Shown here piece after piece: positions 60,495 to 64,000 of a DNA stretch of 64,000 nt. A model generated the notes under the pieces. The model ran no database searches. It was not told the origin of the DNA and saw nothing but the letters and a program-made list of their open reading frames with translations. The stretch comes from Octopus vulgaris. Taxonomy: Eukaryota. The stretch spans positions 97,402,001-97,466,000 of the forward strand of contig OX597818.1 in the NCBI GenBank assembly GCA_951406725.2, read 5' to 3'. How positions within the stretch are numbered: the stretch's first letter is position 1; each line of letters starts with the position of its first letter. The translations under genes were made by a program, and so were the position numbers.

Positions 60495-61838
60495 TATTGG
60501 AATTTGTGCTTCTGAAATTATAAAAATAGAACAAATGTTTAAATAGTCTTATTGTATTTCATCTATGTAATTTTGCAATAGGAGCGGCCAATAGGATTAA
60601 GAAAATATCTCTAAATATTTATAGATACGTATCTCAATGTGGGCTTATCACAAATATGAATTTGTTAGTCATCTCCGCCACGTTACACACTTTCAAAGTC
60701 ATTCAGCAATTGCTGCATTGGAACGGAATAAGGTTTCTCTAAAAATAAATACTGCTCTTATCTCAATAAAGGGCTTGGCAATTCAAAGCACAATCCAATA
60801 TAACAAACACATAAGATGTAGTCATCATAATTTGCTGGACGTGATATGAAAGTCGTTAACATTTGTTATTATATAATTAAGAGACCAAGTTGCTATCTGA
60901 GGGCGGCGACCATCAAAATGGTATCTTTGAAAAAGGAAGTCTGTACTCTTCATTTGCTATACTAAAAATTCACAGTGATTGTTTTAAGATGTTAACTGCC
61001 ATCGAGTGAACGTTTTAGAATATTTGGACGTTGTATCTCAATGCAAGCGCTACGATAGCCAGTTACTAGAGGTAGGGCTGATGAGAATGGATGGAGGGAG
61101 GATTCAGTCAGTACATCGGTCTTGGAGGTATCTTAATCTAAGCGTTCCCAATATTTTAATTGCGTGTTACTACGAGTAGGGCTTATGAGAAGGGGCAGAG
61201 AACTCTGTACATCGGTCTGGGGCTGTATTTTAATCTAAGCATTACAAATACTTTAACTGCGACTCTTTTATTACAGATAAAAACTTGTAGGAAGGGGTGG
61301 CAGATTCAGTCGGTAAATTGAGATTGGATCTCAGTCAAGGGTAGGTTCATGAATATCCGATAAGTTCGACTCTAAAAGGAAAACCTAAAAAGTCCTTTGT
61401 ATTTTAAGAGGACCCATCTCCGATTTTGTGGATTTTGTTCCGCCTGGCAACATTTCCCTCAAAGGCTCTAACTCTAAGCTATAATGCATTGTATATTTGA
61501 GCTGTTTATGGAAATGAACGCCTTACTGATAGCAAATGGGGGAAATCTGGATATAGATTCCGGTTCAGCTCTCTAAATAGTTGCAGCTTCCATAGACCTT
61601 ATCTATCGTAAATACTATAAAAAATAATCAAAACTCATCTGATTTTTAAGTATGAGCGATATAGCCTAGATAAAAACACCAATTTACTTCAGGCAAATTT
61701 TCTAAAAGATCTTACACCTATTCCAGATTTTTAGTTGAACTAAGCTAATAAATTTTAAACGTTCTATCTAGAGACAAGTAGAAATACAGTACTAAGAGAT
61801 GAACTCAAAACATTTTAGCAGGACAGTTTATTTATTAA

Positions 61839-62047
61839 CCCTTTAGCATTTAAACTGGTCATGTCTGGCTCAGATATTCTACCTGTTTCATGTTCAAACT
61901 GGCCAGATCCGGCCTCTCACATCTACCCCAAAAATGACATTCTAAAAATAAACAATTACATCATTGAAAGCTCAAACCTATTAATTAATTCAAACAATGT
62001 TAATGCATAAGCTTTTCATTTGAAAGAGTAATCTGAATGTTAAAGGG
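61839..62047. mobile_element. piggyBac-type MITE
   Basis: TTAA|CCCTTTAGCATT ... AATGTTAAAGGG|TTAA. Confidence 0.88.
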
Positions 62048-62056
62048 TTAATATAA

Positions 62057-62307
62057 ATGTTCCTTCTCGAGCCATGCCAGGCTCATAAGGGCCGGTTCCT
62101 CGGTTTCAGTGGCGTAGAAATTCCCCACCTGGACGGGACGCCGGTCCGTCGCAGGATTACTCATTTTTGCCAGCTGAGTGGACTGGAGCAGCGTGAAAAT
62201 GAAGTGTTTTGCTCAAGAACACAACGCATCGCCCGGTCCAGGAATCGAAACCACAACCTTACGATCACGAGTTCAACACCCTAACCACTAAGCCACGCGC
62301 CTCCACA
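62057..62307 (-). mobile_element. SINE family D, full length
   Basis: Head GTGGAGGCGCGTGGCTTAGTGGTTAGGG...GGTTTCGATTCC with a TGTGTTCTTGAGCAAAACACTT central domain. Confidence 0.88.
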
Positions 62308-63044
62308 AAGAGTTAATGTAGAGTAATGAAATTATTTCAGTAATTTAAGAGAAAAATCATTAATTTTCTGGTCTAACAAAAATAGCAGAGCTAGAATAGT
62401 AACTAAGGCGCTCAGAACATTTATATTATACTCTGAGTTACCTGAAAGGTTGAACACAATACTATAAATTGTACAGAGAAGTTATTCACAGATAACTTAA
62501 TTGGGTGCATGACTTGAGTATTTTATTTCAAGAGAGGAAGGCCACATTTACAAATTTAGAGGAAACGTATGATATTACGTACAATAAAGTCACAAGAAGT
62601 GTAGGTAAAATTTAAATAATTAAACTACAATTCAAGGTCATGTTACGGATTCATTTCACTGGGAGTCTTTTCTTTCACTAAAAGTATTAACTTCGCATTC
62701 TCCTTCTGTAGTCCTCAAGAAACGAACAACAAATCGATACTGGGCTATAGATTCGGCGCACTAGGAGAAATCAACAGTTGAAGTATCAACTTCTCCAGAT
62801 TATCCTTCAGTCTAGAAGTGTTGGTAGAGCTTTAGACACGACCCGCTCTCAATATAAGAAAGAAAATCAACGAAGAGAGCTCTTCATATACACATTATCG
62901 AGAAATACGATCGCCCTCTCTCTCTCTCTTTTCAGATGTCTAAACAGGAATCTAATATAGATCGGTCAAAATATTTAAGGCATCCCGAGAATTTTCTTGT
63001 TAAATAGTAGCTACCTGTTTTCATTATATCGAGAAAATGCTCAC

Positions 63045-63109
63045 CTGCTTTTATAGTTACGTATCTACTTTCTTCCTGGTTATACTTGTAAAGGCAGATA
63101 CAATGAAAT
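63045..63109 (-). other. Candidate upstream (5'UTR or coding) exon of the KY-like gene
   Basis: CTTCCAG|...AAAGCAG|GTGAG, 65 nt, open in the frame joining exon 60511 (phase 1). Confidence 0.4.
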
Positions 63110-63279
63110 CTGGAAGTGGTTTGTTTAAGCCCTTACAACAGATATTATCGAGTAGCGAGTTCAAATGGAAACTTAACAGAGTTACGAAATAAGGCAACAT
63201 GTCTATACAAACAATAAATGTAGGCTAAATACTAAAAGACTTCATTTTATTCTTTTATAGATTTCAGCTTAAAGCTGCG

Positions 63280-63475
63280 GCCATGCGGGGGCGCCACCGT
63301 GTTACTACACTGTTATTATTGAGAGCCTCCTCTGATACGTGGCATTTGGTGACTAAGAGTTTGATGTCGCTGCTCCCATTTGCGCCTCCTGCCACGAGGT
63401 AGATTAATCTGGGTATCTCGACAAGAAGAGATCCAGTTTTGCTTTGAAAACACCTACATCCACTTTGTGTGTAGG
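63280..63475 (-). mobile_element. CR1/L2-type LINE 3' end fragment
   Basis: VDVGVFKAKLDLFLSRYPD is a CR1-like ORF2 C-terminus, followed by a short 3' UTR. Confidence 0.6.
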
Positions 63476-63619
63476 TCCCTCATGAAATTGAAGACAGAGT
63501 AACGGAGAGCAGAACTTACTGCATGGCGTGACGGGAAACTCATTTCGGTCGAGGCTGTTGAAGATTATATACATAGACACACGATATTTGTATATATAAA
63601 CACAAGCACGCGTGATTGG

Positions 63620-63665
<46 letters not shown>

Positions 63666-64000
63666 CTATCTTTTTTCATTTTCTATCCAATTAAAAAAAA
63701 ATCTCAACCCTTTCTGTCGAAGAGCGTAGGCTCGAACCCTCAAAGATGTTTCCATCAAACTAACACACCTCTTTATCGTTTCCTCAGTCTTCAGCTTTTG
63801 TTTTCTGTAAATTTCAACTCACACACACACACACACACACACACACTCGCATATTTCTGTAAATACGTAAATACAAATGTATTGTTTTTTTATTCAGGAC
63901 AAAGGCAGTACCCACGATCGTTTACGAGACCTCTGAGTCTAATCTGAAGTAGGAAGGTATCCTGAAAGTGGAGACCTGACGAAGATCTCTGCAACAGGAC

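Noticed and set aside
61076-61130. CTGATGA matches here and at about 534, 18847, 19546 and 34014
   Set aside because: No downstream stem II-GAAA-stem III-NUH, so not hammerheads.
62235-62307. tRNA-like sequences with A and B boxes at SINE heads
   Set aside because: They continue into SINE bodies and lack a proper acceptor stem and terminator, so they are not tRNA genes.
63710-63750. TCGAAGAGCGTAGGCTCGAAC hammerhead-like remnant
   Set aside because: Both core segments deviate from CUGANGA/GAAA; too decayed to support.

Overview
AT-rich, repeat-dense metazoan genomic DNA. It is inferred to be octopus from the tRNA-derived SINE families, the (TA)n/(CA)n density and the gene content. Three protein-coding loci can be supported. 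(1) The last coding exon of an arfaptin gene (+, 2212-2364). (2) A roughly 1018-aa dispersed C2H2 zinc-finger gene (+, 20978-21022 joined to 24864-27875). (3) A phase-consistent 8-exon KY/hillarin-like transglutaminase-fold gene (-, 60494 to 34635, about 1183 aa) with a degenerate catalytic triad and a putative C-terminal tail anchor. The rest is four SINE families, three mariners (one nearly intact DD34D), Helitron, piggyBac and GG..CC/8-bp-TSD MITEs, and LINE fragments. The most unusual signals concern RNA biology. A solitary type I hammerhead ribozyme motif (-, 17921-18011) has a stem II broken by tandem A.C mismatches and lies next to a 77-bp hairpin. A second hammerhead sits inside a 280-bp Penelope-like palindrome. 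A G-rich, A-poor retroelement ORF fragment (58146-58640) looks like an ADAR A-to-G hyper-edited RNA written back into the genome. All coordinates and counts are manual and no database searches were run.
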